Assembly (NCBI GenBank): GCA_964016885.1
Contig: OZ024742.1
Coordinates: forward strand, 48,422,001-48,486,000
Source of the DNA: Eledone cirrhosa
Taxonomy: Eukaryota
Length of the DNA: 64,000 nucleotides
Direction of reading: 5' to 3'
Part shown: positions 12,147-25,829 of the stretch, one piece after another
Layout of the letters: every line of letters begins with the position of its first letter
How positions within the stretch are numbered: the stretch's first letter is position 1
Notes under the pieces: generated by a model
Database searches by the model: none
Told to the model about the DNA's origin: nothing
The model's input: the letters and a program-made list of their open reading frames with translations, nothing else
Program-made: the position numbers and the translations under genes

Positions 12147-13511
12147 TTGCACCAGCTTTCTTTCTTCTTTCAATACTGTCTCAACAATGGTGCTACTCCG
12201 GATCAGTGGAAAACTGCCAGTGTCATTCTCCTGTTCAAAAAGGGCAACCGCATATCACCTGTCAACTATCGTCCAGTCAGTCTTACTAGCTGTATTGCCA
12301 AACTGATGGAATCCTGTGTCAGAGAAACACTTTGGAACTTCTGGAGCTCTCACGGCCTCATCCGGCCCTCGCCGTTTGGATTTATCCCTAACTCCAACTG
12401 CTGTGATCAGCTTATCGAGTTCCTTGAATACATCACCCGGATCACTGACAGCGGCTCATGGGTGGATGTTGTTTACCTTGACTTTGCTAAGGCTTTTAAT
12501 TCTGTGCCACACAAAAGACTTATGGCAAAACTCTCTGCAATGGGTGTGTGGGTGATCTTTTTAACTGGTTGAAATCCTTCATTCTCAGCCGAAAAGAGGC
12601 AGTCACGGTTCTAGGACAGCATTCTTCACCATATGAGATGTCATCTGGTGTACCACAGGGATCTGTTCTTGGTCCCCTTTAGTTTGTGGCATATATTAAT
12701 GACATAGATGCCAACTTAAAGAATGCCACGGTACTGAAATATGCAGATGACATCAAGCTGTACCTTGAAATCAAAAGGACTGATCCTGAAATCTACAACT
12801 CTTTTCTACAATTAAACCTGGACGCAATGCAGCAATGGATCACAGACTGGCAACTGAAACTGGCTGTGTGACAAGTGTACCACAATGCATTTTGGGAGGA
12901 AAAATCCAGTGTCCACATACTCCCTCCATAACACTGATATCAAGAAGTCCTCTTGTGAACCTGACCTGGGCATTACTGTCAGTAGCGATTTGCGTTGGAC
13001 AAAGCATGTCTCTAAGATTGTCAAGGGTGTCTTGGCATCACTCAGCAAGACCTTTGTTAGCCGCTCTCCAGCCATCTATTTAAAACTATATACAGCTATG
13101 GTACGACCAAACTTGGAATTCGCATCATCAGTCTGGAACCCCTATCTTGCTCAGAACATTGACCTCCTGGAAATTGTTCAGAGACGTGCAACCAAGCGCA
13201 TACCCTCCATCAGACACCTATCATACTCTGAACGCCTTGCTTCCTTGGGCATGGATTCATTGAAGCTCCGACGTCTTGCAATGGACTTGGTGAATACCCA
13301 CAAAGTTATTAACCATCTCGCCAACAACAACACTGAGCACCTTTTTTATCTCCATGTGTCTAACAACGTGGACATGCCTACAAAATCAGAAAACAGCACA
13401 GCTCCCATGACTTTCGTAAACATTTTTTCACGCTCAGAGTTGCTAGAGCATGGAACAAACTGCCTGCGTCAGTTGTTAGCTGCCGAGACACTGCATCCTT
13501 TAAAACCCTAA
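12147..13511 (+). pseudogene. Disrupted CR1-type reverse transcriptase
   Basis: ORF pieces 12147-12572, 12686-12871 and 12885-13511 with frameshifts and a stop after GPL. Confidence 0.88.
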
Positions 13512-13701
13512 TGCTTCCCGAAATACGCCAAAACTACACCTGATGTTCCCCTTCCATACACATGCACACGTGTATATCATGACTCATGCACTGTTCATTT
13601 TCCTGACGTTTGTACATTACCCTATGTACTATACATACACTTTTTATGAGTTGTAGTACACCTGAGCACTGTACACAATATTTCATTATTATTATTATTA
13701 T
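12148..13701 (+). mobile_element. CR1-clade LINE, 5'-truncated, with (ATT)n tail
   Basis: RT motifs WKTASVILLFKKG, NYRPVSLTS, VDVVYLDFAKAF, SGVPQGSVLGP, KYADDIKLY, LYTAMVRPNLEF..WNP, VQRRATK, AWNKLPASVV; tail at 13686-13701. Confidence 0.9.
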
Positions 13702-13797
13702 TTGTATAGATCGAGCCTCGAGCTGGTCGGCAGAGAATTGATTTTAATATGTCTAATAAATTTTATTCGTCGCAAATCTGATTCTCCGATTCTTATG

Positions 13798-13870
<73 letters not shown>

Positions 13871-14330
13871 AATAAAGTAAGGAGCGCGGCATTGCGTACG
13901 GCTTATAATTCTTTATTTCATTAGTAAAATAAGTTGGATTATTTTGAATAAATAATGAATGAATATTACATAATTTATCTACTAAATTTCGTGGCTTTTG
14001 ATTAAATATATTTTGTTTATTTAAAGATTCACTTCTTTAAAATTTCTGAAATGTAAACACTTCCGGTTGGCCATCGCTTACATAAACATACTAATTTTCT
14101 CCTAATGCAGTTGATATATAATATCGTCTTTTTTAATGTATCATGGATTACGTTACTGATTAAATAAGACAGTGTAACGCAGTCTTCGTTCAATATCTAT
14201 GTATTTGTCAATTACGATTTTATTTGATGTATCATATCTACATGTATATATACCTGCGTATAATATCATTGCACATGCTAGCAGAAAACCACCCCAAGGG
14301 TAGGTTTCCTGGTAGTATATATATATATAT

Positions 14331-14584
14331 AATAAATGTAATCTGAGTTTTTCGAATATTAATAATAACATTCGATTAATTTGCAATTATACAAATAAGC
14401 CTCATTTTTATAGCCATGTCAGTAGAATTAACCCTTCATTCTTGCTCTTGTGTTGGTATGAAGACAAGAGCAAGAATGAAGGGTTCATTCTACTGACATG
14501 GCTCTACAAATGAGGCTTATTTGTATAATTGCAAACGAATCGAATGTTATTATTAATATTCGAAAAACTCAGATTACATTTATT
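14331..14584. repeat. Near-perfect palindrome, 121-bp arms, 12-nt loop
   Basis: Arm 14331-14451 is the reverse complement of 14464-14584 with few mismatches. Confidence 0.95.
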
Positions 14585-14685
14585 GTATTCAGCCATGTAG
14601 AGGGAAGATGCATATCAATGCTAGCAAATATATAGGTTTTGTCTTAGTAACTTTGTGGTTCAATGCATGGGGTTGCAGAACAATA

Positions 14686-14850
14686 ATATGAGAGACGTAA
14701 AATAAGAAAATTATAAAATTAACTTACTTACTAAGATATCACTTCCAACTAATTTGTTTCTGGAATGGAATAAATATATTTTCCGAAAACTGATTAGTTG
14801 GAAGTGATATTTTAGTAAGTAAGTTAACTTTATAATTTTCTTATTTTACG

Positions 14851-14860
<10 letters not shown>
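14686..14860. repeat. Near-perfect palindrome, ~70-75-bp arms
   Basis: ATATGAGAGACGTAAAATAAGAAAATTATAAA..ACTTCCAACTAAT pairs with ATTAGTTGGAAGT..TTTATAATTTTCTTATTTTACGTCTCTCATAT. Confidence 0.93.
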
Positions 14861-14919
<59 letters not shown>

Positions 14920-15079
14920 ACGAAGAAAGAGTGGTAAAAAAACAAGGTGGAACATAGCGCAGCAGAGCACTCGATACTTAGGGTAGTGGAGTGGGTAATA
15001 GAAAAAGAGTCCGGACGCGACGGCTTAGCTCCGACCGTTTCAAAAGCTAGAACCGTACAGTTCGCATCTAGCTGTCCAG

Positions 15080-15182
<103 letters not shown>

Positions 15183-16145
15183 TCACAACAGTGATGATAA
15201 TGATGATGGTTAATAATTATGAAGATCTTTCCATTTGTTTTCGAATATATCATGTTTCCAATAAACCAGGATTAAGTTACAAGACAAATCTACTTGGAAA
15301 TTATTTTAAGCATTTCTAATCTTTTCTTTGGTACATCAAGTATACTAAATCTAAGCACCCCACATGGAATTTCTATGGATTGCTTACAGCAAAAATTGTC
15401 ATTTCTTGATCCCTCCCGTCTATTAATCAAAGACTATAGTATATTTTTATCTAATTATCATTGTGTATTCTATACATTCTAACGTAATTGTTAATTCAAA
15501 ACATAACCTGCTGTTTTCAGTTCATTAGTTCTCAATGTTTATGTATATTGTATTATCTGATTAGTCCCAACAGCGTATTAATCACATTCAAAAGTTATAT
15601 AGTATATATTTCTTTTCTGGACAGATTTCATGATAAACGTGAAATTCACGTCGTCACATAGACTGTAATGGAAATCTGGCCCTTTGGCTACAAACTAATT
15701 AAAATGCAGCTTATATATTCTGTGTTCCAATACATCTTTCAAATTTCCATCCATTTTTGCCATTCGTGGAGGAATAAAACTTTGGTTCTTTCTCATATAT
15801 AAGTAGAAGCCACTGAGACTGCCACAAATTAGTTCTGTTTCATGATCTTAGATGTAAACAAACAACCATTTATATTTTAAGTTCTGTCTTACTTGTCCTA
15901 TTTTCACGCATAGTTTACTTAATAAAATTATCTATACACGATCTGAAATGTGATTAACTTCCAAGCTCCAGAATCTGCGTGAAATAGCAGTAAAATCTCT
16001 GTAATTACAACATACTGTCGTAAATATATACACGAAAAGACCGCATGACGGGTTGGTCTTAGCTGAAATTTCTGCTCGATCAAATAACTACAATTTATCA
16101 ATCATTTTGTGATTCTGTTCTACTGTATTCTATTGACGGATTAAT

Positions 16146-16165
16146 ATAAGCTACTTCTTCAGATC

Positions 16166-16243
<78 letters not shown>

Positions 16244-16274
16244 AATCTATCTATCTATTTCACTCTCACTCTCT

Positions 16275-16334
<60 letters not shown>
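16146..16334. repeat. (CT)n/(TA)n microsatellite
   Basis: Read directly. Confidence 0.95.
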
Positions 16335-16337
<3 letters not shown>

Positions 16338-16365
16338 GTCGTTAATTATCTTATTTTTCATTCTT

Positions 16366-16401
16366 TCTTCTGATGATGGACTAGCGTCCGAAACGTTAAG
16401 A
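16366..16401 (+). ncRNA. Ultra-minimal hammerhead ribozyme motif
   Basis: UCUU CUGAUGA U GGAC UAGC GUCC GAAAC GUU AAGA; stem II 4 bp, stem I 4 bp, stem III only as palindrome AACGUU. Confidence 0.75.
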
Positions 16402-16482
16402 CCCTCTTCCTGCTATATCAAACGTTAACCTAATATATCCCTTCCATATACTGTACCGATTGTGTTGTTATTTCTGTTTACC

Positions 16483-16591
<109 letters not shown>

Positions 16592-16625
16592 AAAGAACAC
16601 AAGAGCGTCTACAACATCAAAAGGT

Positions 16626-16686
16626 TTTTATTGGCTTACAATGTTTCTTCCTTACGTAACCGTAGAATTCGTCAGATCTATAAAAG
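16626..16686 (-). ncRNA. Hammerhead ribozyme motif with extended stem II
   Basis: Reverse complement: UUUUAUAGAU CUGACGA A UUC UACG GUUA CGUA AG GAA GAAAC AUU GUA AGCCAAUAAAA; stem I imperfect. Confidence 0.62.
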
Positions 16687-17629
16687 GGGTTTGATTGGTG
16701 TTATGGACTCTACCAACCATATATATATAAAACGCTTGTTAAATTCCATTCTATTTTGTGAATATAGAAAGGTGTGTTGAGTCTCATGCAAGATTTAGAC
16801 TTCATTTTAATCTTATGCATTATTTGAACATTTTCTCTTCTTTACTAACATAAACAGTGCAATAAACTTTCGAAACTTTTATTGTATTCTCTACTCCATA
16901 TACGTGCGAACATTTAAATGGCTAATCAGTGATTCAATAGGTTCTTCTGAGTACGTGTGTATATGTATCGTTGGAGAGAGATTATTAGACGATGACGTGC
17001 ATCTAACGAAAAAAGGCGATGTAACTAGGCAACGTTATATTTTCTTGCGTATGTGTTCAATTGCAGTAAGTACTCTAGATAATTAGGCAATGATATGATT
17101 ATATCAATATGTATAAATCAGTTCCAAATGTGTGGAATCGTGATCAAAGTTAATTCATTATAACATCATGATGGTCAATATTTTGTGAGTCTAATTTCAT
17201 TGGTTGAATCTGTGTTGAGGTCGTTGTACTTAGAATACATTTAAGCATCACAGCATCCTCCAACATTTTATAATCCGGATATTACAACGCACTGGACCCG
17301 AGAATACATTTGTAACAGTATAAATGATGAATTCTCTTACGTCAAAGTTGTCACTCTCATCCGACATTTCAGAAATGCAGACACGTTTCAAACTTTCAGC
17401 ATGTGAGACAACTACCATTTAGCAAAAACACATTGCAAATCCCAGCTCAAATTTCTAGCTTTTTAATACACTAACCTTAATCCAGATGTTCGTTTTAATT
17501 AGAGTATTTTTGCAACTTCCAAGAACAGTGTTGAACACATTTATTAAAAGAACGTTTCGTTATATGAATTATGTTAAAGAAGATTAGTGTTGTAATTTAG
17601 AGGAATTGTTTGACTACTGAATGAAATGG

Positions 17630-17768
17630 CGTTTATATCCTGACATCAAATTGCACCGAGGTCAAATTTGCGCTCCTTCCTTCGATGAAATATAGCATCA
17701 GTCAAGTATTGGGTCAATTTAATCGGCTTTCTCCTACTCACAGCCTTGTGCCTAAATTAGAAACCCTT
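17630..17768 (+). mobile_element. Degenerate SINE 3' part
   Basis: CACCGAGGTCAAATTTG..CAGTCAAGTATTGGGTCAATTTAATCG..GCCTTGTGCCTAAATTAGAAAC matches 45730-45857. Confidence 0.7.
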
Positions 17769-19489
17769 AATATAAACAGGGGATTAACTAAATTCTACAT
17801 GAATTCTTATTTTACATTTAACTGACAATGCTTTGTGCGGTAAACTTGCAATTAAATCTGTATGCATATGTGACCACACTTACAGATGCACATAAACACA
17901 CCCATAGGGACACATATTGACATACTGATATACAATTAAATAAACGTGCAATCATGCACACAACTACAACATATTTGTATGACGGTATCTCAACTAATTG
18001 GCTGGAACTAGCAAAAATATAACTTTCATGTGTGCAATTTTCATCCTTTCTACCATATAATCAGCTTCGCCCCCCCCCCTCACACACCTAAATATATCTC
18101 ACTCATTGTGTATGTCTCTGTGACACATCCTCTGCCCTGTCTCTTGTTGCTTTCTCGCATGTTTCTCTCCCTCTAACTCTGACTTTCTCTCTCCATCATG
18201 GTCTCCCTGACTCATTCCTCTCTCTCTCTTTCTCTCTCGCTGTCTATCTATCAATCTTTCTCTGTCACTGCTTTCCACTCAATAAATATATATTACTATT
18301 ACTATCACTGCCATAACAAATTGGCTACATAAAAAGAAATAAAAACTAAAAATTCTCATACACATTTTTATAATTTGTCTCTCCTTAAAACAGGAAGTTT
18401 CTATTTCACTAACAGTAATTGGTCATTTTTTGAATGTCATATTTCATTTAGCTCTAGCTCCTCAATTTTTTCTTCTGTATTAGAAATAAATTATTCATTT
18501 TTTTAAAATTCAATCATGCTGTCATTCACTCTCAATTTACTACAGCCATTACAAGCCTTAAATTATCTCCACGCTAAATTTCTCTTAATTTCTCTCCTCT
18601 CGCCTTTCACTTCGAGAAGAGCTAGGTGATGAAGATACTTTGGATTCCATTGTCAACTAAATGAGTTCACCTTAGACCTTTCAACCAATTTCCTATTAAC
18701 AACTGCATCCACAGAGCCATCACGTGAAGGAAAAAAAATTTTAAGAAATAATATTCCAAGAGAGAAAATTTCATTTTCCTCGTAATATGCGCATTTCGTA
18801 CTCTAAATGTTCATAGTCCTGTATGTAATAACCACAGTTATCTCAAACACAAACATGAATTGAATTTAGGAAATTGCTTTTCCGTGAACATTGGACTTTA
18901 GGAATTACTTCATCTAAAAACAAGATAAGAAGAAATTTAAAGCGATGAGACGTAATAATTGAAGCTTGGTAGGGGTGAGAATAAAAACATTAAAATTTGC
19001 ACACTTATTCAAATATGATTATCGCAGATTGAAAATGGCAGTTCATTTTCTGTTTTTATCCAGGCGCCGTGAAACATGTGAATTGTTAAGAGAACCACGG
19101 TAAGGATAAACTTCAGCTGGGAATGTTGAATTAATTTTGTTCGGTTTCCACTTAAGTGGGTTAATTAACAGATTTGTTAGAGGGCCACTTTACATATCCC
19201 ACGTCATTTATTCCGGGACTCCTCGCTGTGATATCAAATCTCGCCCCTTCCAAAGTTAACTGACATTCGGTCATGATAGATAAAACAGATTACCAGTTGA
19301 TGACGATGGTTTTGTGAAATAGTTAGCGCATCGGATGAGATACCTTTTTGTATTTCTTCCAGAACCTTACGTTCTGATGTCAAATAACCAGCGATGGATG
19401 CACATCCCACCTGGTTAATCTATTAACTACAATTGATCATAAAAGCTCCAATAGTTACATATACAGGTCATCTGTTACAACAGCCAAAC

Positions 19490-19600
19490 AATGATGATGA
19501 TGATGATAATGATGCTAATAATAATAACAACAACAAAAACAGCAACAACAACAACAACAACAACAAAAACAACAACATCAACAACAATAAAATAATAATG
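19490..19600. repeat. (GAT)/(AAT)/(AAC) trinucleotide tract at the 3' end of Tx1-like copy 1
   Basis: Read directly. Confidence 0.9.
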
Positions 19601-19848
19601 ATTTCATTTATTGGCCACATGGGCCAACATATAGGGAACAATACAAAAGACTGGGACAGTGGGGGTTTACATAGACAACGTGTAAACTATGAATAACAAT
19701 AACAAAGTAACAAGAAAAATACAACAAGAAAAATTGCCCAATAGGGGGGGGCACCCAGGGTGCACTCAGGTACCCCACCAAACCTGAACGAGCCGACGCT
19801 TCCAGAGCACCCGGGAAGGGCACCCCACTTCTCCTCAAATTTACTCAC

Positions 19849-22800
19849 CTACAGGCGCATGATCAGAGTAGGCCCACTCACACGGGCGCTTCTCGCCACA
19901 TTCACCCACCTCTCAGCAAATGTACTGGGGGGCAGCACTTCTCTCTCCACCCCCACCTTCCTTTCCAAATGAAACTTGAAAAAGTTGATGAGGGATTGGC
20001 CGAAGAGAAAAGTGTTTCTCTTCAGTCCTTTCAACCTCGTCCACCATACAACCTCTTTCGCTACTGCCACCAGACAGAGGAAAATTGCCTGCCCTTCTTG
20101 GCCAAAAGAAGGCGGCGGGTAGATCTTTACTATGGAGTCAGCCGATAGCCGTATCCGTTCTACACGCGACAACAGCTGTTCGACATAACTCCACAAGTCA
20201 GTAATGCACGGACACTAGACGAGTGCGTGCAGAACGGTTTCGTCGGTCTGCGCGAATCTCGGGGAGGTCCGTCTGACAGCACTTCCGTGCCTGTACAGTT
20301 TATCTCGAACCGTCAGTGACCCCGGTAGCACTGCCAACCGAGGGATTTTCGTCCCCGGCTCGAAAGTCCTCCGGAACAGACTGGTTACTTCGACTTCGTC
20401 GACGCCCGGGTCTCCGAGTGCGTCGTCGCACTTTCCCCCACTAATTCTCTATATAACTCTAGAGTGGAAATTCAACTGACCGCATTGCCCGCTTGGTAGA
20501 GGAAAATGAGTGTCTGGAAACATTCCAGATGTCAGTCACCTAGCCTCGGTCTTTCCTTGATCCAGGACTGCAGATCAGACAGAGATGAGCTGCGGAAAGG
20601 CCCGTCTGACAAACGGCGACCACACATGTTCACCGTTTAGGCAGAATATCTGGAGATGCTGCAGCCTCAGGACGTGTCTGTGCATCATTAGCCACAGTAT
20701 GCCCAGCCCTCCACGTAGAGGAACATGACCCCTCCACAAGAATTTGAAGAGGAGCCGTTCCAAGTTGACGACGGTCAGGCGGTAGTAGGTGACGGGCGCG
20801 ATGGACGTGTTCGCCACCTCCGCCCCACCTTTCAGTGATAGCTTCCTCGCAGCCCATTTCTGCGTGAAACTGGCTACCCTGTCCATCACCTCGTCCCAAT
20901 TACTTTCCAACTGGAGGTCTGGCCCGAAACAAACACCGAGCAACTTTACCCGTCCGCCAGTCCAGCGCCCAACGACACTGTTGGACGGCATGGACTTGCT
21001 TCTCCAGGTGCCGAGTTGCAAGCCCACCGACGTTTCCGTGTTAAGATTTGCTCCCGTCAACCTTTCATATTCCTCCAATAAGTTGCCGACCACCTCGATT
21101 TCTGAGGTGTCCGACACCATCATGGTGATGTCGTCCGCACAAGCCGACACACCCTTTCCGCTTCCCGGTTCGAGCGGGATGCCCTGCAACAGCTCAGGCT
21201 TCCGCAGTAATGGCTCGAGAGTGAATACGTACGGAAGGGAGGAGAGAGGGCACTTTTGACGGACCGATCGTGAGATCTGAAACGGTTCCGAGAGGGGGCC
21301 ATTAAGTTTGAACACCGAACAGGTGGCGCTGTGCATTGCAGCGATCCAGCTTCTGAAGCCAGGGCCGAAGCTAGCCGCCTTTAGGACAACCACCAGGTAC
21401 TGATGGTCGACCCTATCGAATGCTTTACACTTATCTAAATTGATCAGAGACCCACCGAAGCCAGGTTTACACCCTACACTCACTATGAGGTGGAGGTTGT
21501 CGTGTGTGGACTTGTTTGGGATTCCGCAAGTTTGCGCTTCCCCCAACCAAATCCTCGACGACAAGCGCCAACTCTTCCCTAACACATTGGCCAAGATCTT
21601 AAACTCTGTGTTGAGCAGAGTCACGGGCCTGAAATTGTCTAATGTGTCCCTCTTATTCTCTTCTTTCCTTATCAGCGTCACTAGGCTCCGGCTCACAGAA
21701 CTGGAGGCGCTCTACTGCCAGTTGCAGTAGAGCGCTTCGAGGAGAACGAAGAAGATGTCTGGCATATTTACATAAAGCTCGTAGGGCAGACCATCAAAAC
21801 CCGGTAATCGGCCTTTCGCAGCGCCCAGCCTCGGCCGTCGAGAGGTGCGGCAAGCCATCGAGGTAGGCACTGAAGTTAGCCACCGTCTCTGACCCGCCAC
21901 TACCCCTGAAAAACAAATCAAAATGTTTTGCGAAAGGCTTCACACATCCGCTTGGAATCGTTCAGCTGGTGTACGTCTCGGTTCGTCAAAGACCGAATCG
22001 TGGTTGTATTACCACACTGCGCCTCTGCCACGCGGGCCCATCGAACAGCTTTGGTTCCCTCGTATCTCAGAGCACACGCCTTAGCTCTGACAAGACAACC
22101 TTTGTGTTTCGCATTGAAGAAATGATCAAATAGCATTCTCGCCGCTAGCACGTCAGTTGCAATGCCACTACGTATAACTTATCTACCAGCTCCACCTCCT
22201 TTCTATTTTTCTCTAATGCTACTTCTTTGCTAAACCCTATCTACATTACTCAAATCTAGCTTTTGAGAGGCCTCCACCATCTATTGTTGACGACTCCCCA
22301 TGTCAACTTTTTCTTAACTAAATTATTGACCCGATCCCTGTAAGATGTACGTGCCGGAAACGGCATGTTCAGCCTCCAGTAACCAGGTCCTAACCTAGCG
22401 TCTTATCTAGATCGACCATACAGATCACAAACTTGTGACCTGAATAGTCGAACGTATGTAATTGTGGACACCCTATACTATCCTTATCCCCTAATCTAAT
22501 TAGAAACCTATCTAAGTACGGTCTAGATGTCCCTAAATGATTTGTCCAGGTCTACACTGGCGCATTAGGTAAATTTAATCGGTATCTGTCAGCCAGTTCC
22601 AACTGGCTGATCAGGTACTTGATGCTTTTGCCCCCCCCCCCATCTATCGGATACTCCCACACAGTTCCTGCGTTCATCTAAAATGCCGTTCCAGTTCCCC
22701 GCTAACAGTAAAGGGCGAGACGCACCCATAAAGGCTTCCAGGCGTTTAAAGATATCCCCCCCCCCCCGGTAGGGGCGTAGACGGCCACCAGTCTAAAGGC

Positions 22801-23112
22801 ACCACCTTCGCTATTGTTCACGTCCAGGACCACCAATTCACCGTCCTGGTCCCGGAAGATCGACCTTACCTCGAGATTCAGGCTTTTCCTAAACAGCACT
22901 GCCACCCCACCTCCCATTCCCGGCCGACTAACAGACGCGAAGATCTGATAGTCGTAAAAAATAAGGGCTAGTGCACGCGTGTCGGAAATCCTGGTCTCGC
23001 TGACGGTAATTACATCCATTTGTAGAGACCTTAGGTCGTTGAGCAGCTGACTCTGCTTCCAGGACGATCCCAGGCCTCGAACATTTAAACATCCTACTCT
23101 TAATATGGCTAT
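19849..23112 (-). pseudogene. ORF2 (AP endonuclease + RT), disrupted
   Basis: CLNVRGLG, DVITVSET, FRLVAVYAP, PGFDGLPYELY, NFRPVTLLNTEFKILA, KAFDRVDH, SVRQKCPLS, CADD; start codon appears mutated to ATA. Confidence 0.88.
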
Positions 23113-23141
23113 GTTGGCAGGCTAACAGAGGGAGGAAAGGT

Positions 23142-25120
23142 TTACTTACCTCCCGTGCTCGTGTGAAGGTCGGGTGGTTCGACCTCAATAATTGGTGGTT
23201 TTTCTTTGGGGAACCGCTTTAAAAGCCTACTTGAGGCTTTTTCACTGGGTGTTCCGACGTCGCTGGGGAAGCCCTCCCTAATTGTTTTATACTTTGTTGG
23301 TGCCATTCGCACAAGCAAAACTGTTTGTGGCACCTTGAAGGTGCAGGTGCTAAACGTCTCCATTGCTTCTCTATTTCCTTACCTTGTCTTATGAGGTTCA
23401 GTAATTTTGTGTTCGATTTCCTCACTAACACGAAGTTAGGTGTTGTTGTGGTTGTAAGTTCTTGCTGTGTGTGTTTTCTTTTAGTTGTTTCTGTTAGTGA
23501 TAATGTTGATGGTGGACATGTTGTTTGTGTTGACGGTTGTGTTTTTGCGGGGGAGGATATTGTAGTATGTGTGTCTCTGTTTGGTACGAATGTGTCTATT
23601 TTGTTTGCTGTTTGTGGTGGTATGTGAGATTTCTTCTTTTTTCTTTTTTTGGCTTTTGGTGTTCCGCCTCATCTTCGCTTTGTGATGAAGAGGTTTCTGT
23701 GTTTCTGTCAGTTGTAAGTGGCAGTGCGTGTATGAGTGTGTGTGTTCCAGAGGGAGGGAGTGGGAGAGCTTCTTTTGGGTGGCCCCTAGGTGGTCTTGGT
23801 TTTCTTTGCAGTTGTTGGTTCTGCTGGTGTTGCTGCTGCAGATTGTGTTGTTGGTGTTGTTATATCGCGATGCGGCCCGGCGTCGGCAGCAGCGGAGACA
23901 TTTGAACCCTTGAATTTTTCCACAGCTGAGGGCGGAAGGCTCGCAAGTGTTTATTTTCGCCGCAACTGAAACTGTGCGGCCTTTTATTTCAGCCATCACT
24001 TGTAGAGTTCTGGAGGCGGATCTGCTCCGGGATTTTCTTTATTTCTTCAGGTTTGATCTGGAGATACTTCTCCAGATCAACTCTGGACCAGTCCTCTCTT
24101 CCTGTCCTGGTTACCTCTATTGGGACGGCATCTGACCCCTCCACAATAAGGCGTCCCAAAAGCCACCACATATCTAGAACAGGTGGAATCATGGGAATGC
24201 GGACTCTAATTGTTCCTTTTCCCATGTGGGTGGCGTACATAATAACCTTGTTGGTTTTGCAAGGGGTCGTAGAGTGCTTCAAAGGGAGGGCCTCCGATTT
24301 AAACCAACCGAGATGGTGCCGTATTCTTGACCCCTCGCTACGTACTCTGTATCTCCTCTGATGCACCTCAGCGCTGCCTCGACATCTGCTTGGGGAGAGT
24401 TTGTGGCTCTTTTCGTCTCAACTGTGATGCATCTGAAGACCAGAGTTCTCTTCTCCACCGCTTCTATGGCCTCTGCCGGGACAGTTAAGATGGCCCAGGT
24501 TTGCTCCTGTTTCATGAGCTTCCATGCCTGGGCCAACTTTGTTTCCTTGTCTGTCAAGTCGATGTTGAAGCCTGGCCTTTTCTTGGCTAATGCCGCAGCG
24601 AAAGTGTTCTTGTTGTTCTCGTTGGTGTTGTTGTTGTCGTTGTTCTTATTGGTGTTGTTGCTGTTATCACTGTTACAGTTAGTCATATCTTTGGTGCTGT
24701 CGCTGTTTATGTTCTGGTTACTGGTGTTAATTTCGTTGTTGTTTTCGTTGATATAGTTGCTGCTGCTATTGTTGCTATTGTTGTTGCGGTTGTCACTGTT
24801 GTTGATATTGTTGTCTTTGTTGTCGTTCTTTCTGTTGTTGGTGTAGTTGTCAATATTGCAGTTGTTGATTTTCCTGTCGTTGTTGCTGGTGCTGTTATAG
24901 TTCTTGTTCACGGCTGTATTTTTTTTACTGTTTTTGGTAATGTCGCTGTTGGTACTGTTGTCATTTTTGTTCTCACTGTTGTTGGTGCTGGTGTTGGCGA
25001 TACTGCCTGATGTGTTGTTACATTTTAAAATTGTTGCGGGAGGGGCAGCGATATTAGCCTCAAAGTTCGACTCGCTGTCGCAAGACAGCCATGTCAAAGT
25101 TGGGGGCGTGCCTTCACCAT
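23142..25120 (-). pseudogene. ORF1 (Asn-rich N-terminus, putative RNA-binding core), disrupted
   Basis: ORF pieces 24279-25247, 23989-24366, 23481-23999, 23142-23363; TFAAAL, RGQEYGTI, IRVRIPMIPP and EIKGR correspond to ORF1 46592-48019. Confidence 0.75.
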
Positions 25121-25317
25121 GTCTTTTTATCGATACAAATTTTCTTTTAAACACAAAGTTTAAATATTTGGGCCAAAAGGCCCAAATAATATGTGGAGTC
25201 CTTTCTTGGCTTTTTATTTCCCGTTTGAAACAAAAATATAATGACAAACGTATTTCAAACCGTAGAAAAAAACAAACTTACGAGCTGACGATAGTACGTC
25301 CGTTCGCTTCAACGACC

Positions 25318-25546
25318 AATAATAATAATAATGGGTTCTGATTTAGGCACCATGCCAGCAATTTTCGTGGATGAGTATGTCGATTAAATCGGCCCAGTTT
25401 GTGACTGGTACTTTATTTATCGACCCCTTAATGTTGAAAGGCAACGCTAGCCTCGACGGGACTTGAACTCAGAATGAAACTCAGAATGGACTCAGGCCGT
25501 AACTATATGCCACAAATATATTGTCCAGCACTCTAAAGATACTGCC
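25318..25546 (-). mobile_element. tRNA-derived SINE whose (ATT)n tail abuts Tx1-like copy 1
   Basis: Reverse complement: GGCAGTATCTTTAGAGTGCTGGAC..CTGAGTTCAAGTCCCGTCGAGG..GGGTCGATAAATAAAGTACCAGTCAC..GTGCCTAAATCAGAACCC ATTATTATT; B-box-like GTTCAAGTCC. Confidence 0.8.
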
Positions 25547-25829
25547 ATTATAATAATAACATCAAGGTTACTGAGCAGATGTAGGGTAGCAGACAAAGAC
25601 AAAATTCAATAACAAAATCAACAGCAACATTAGACAAGTTTAGCGCCAATTTACCCACCCCTTTTCGAGGAGAAATAATAAAAAAAAACAGAAAAAAAAT
25701 GACAAAAATAGCAAACCTAAAGAGTATGATAACAATAATAATAATAATGATGATAATGATGGTGATAATAATGTTTTATTAATCATAAAATGTTTACATG
25801 TTGTAAACATTAAATACAAAATTATTAAT

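Larger units (their letters stand above)
19590..25317 (-). mobile_element. Tx1/L1-clade non-LTR retrotransposon copy 1, near full length, decayed
   Basis: ORF1 then ORF2 (APE, RT, C-terminal region), AATAAA and ATT tail; 5' end resembles that of copy 2 (ATCGTCAGCTC vs ATCGTGAGCTC). Confidence 0.9.

Noticed and set aside
15230-15850. Coding-looking minus-strand stretch
   Set aside because: Multiple stops and no motif I recognise.
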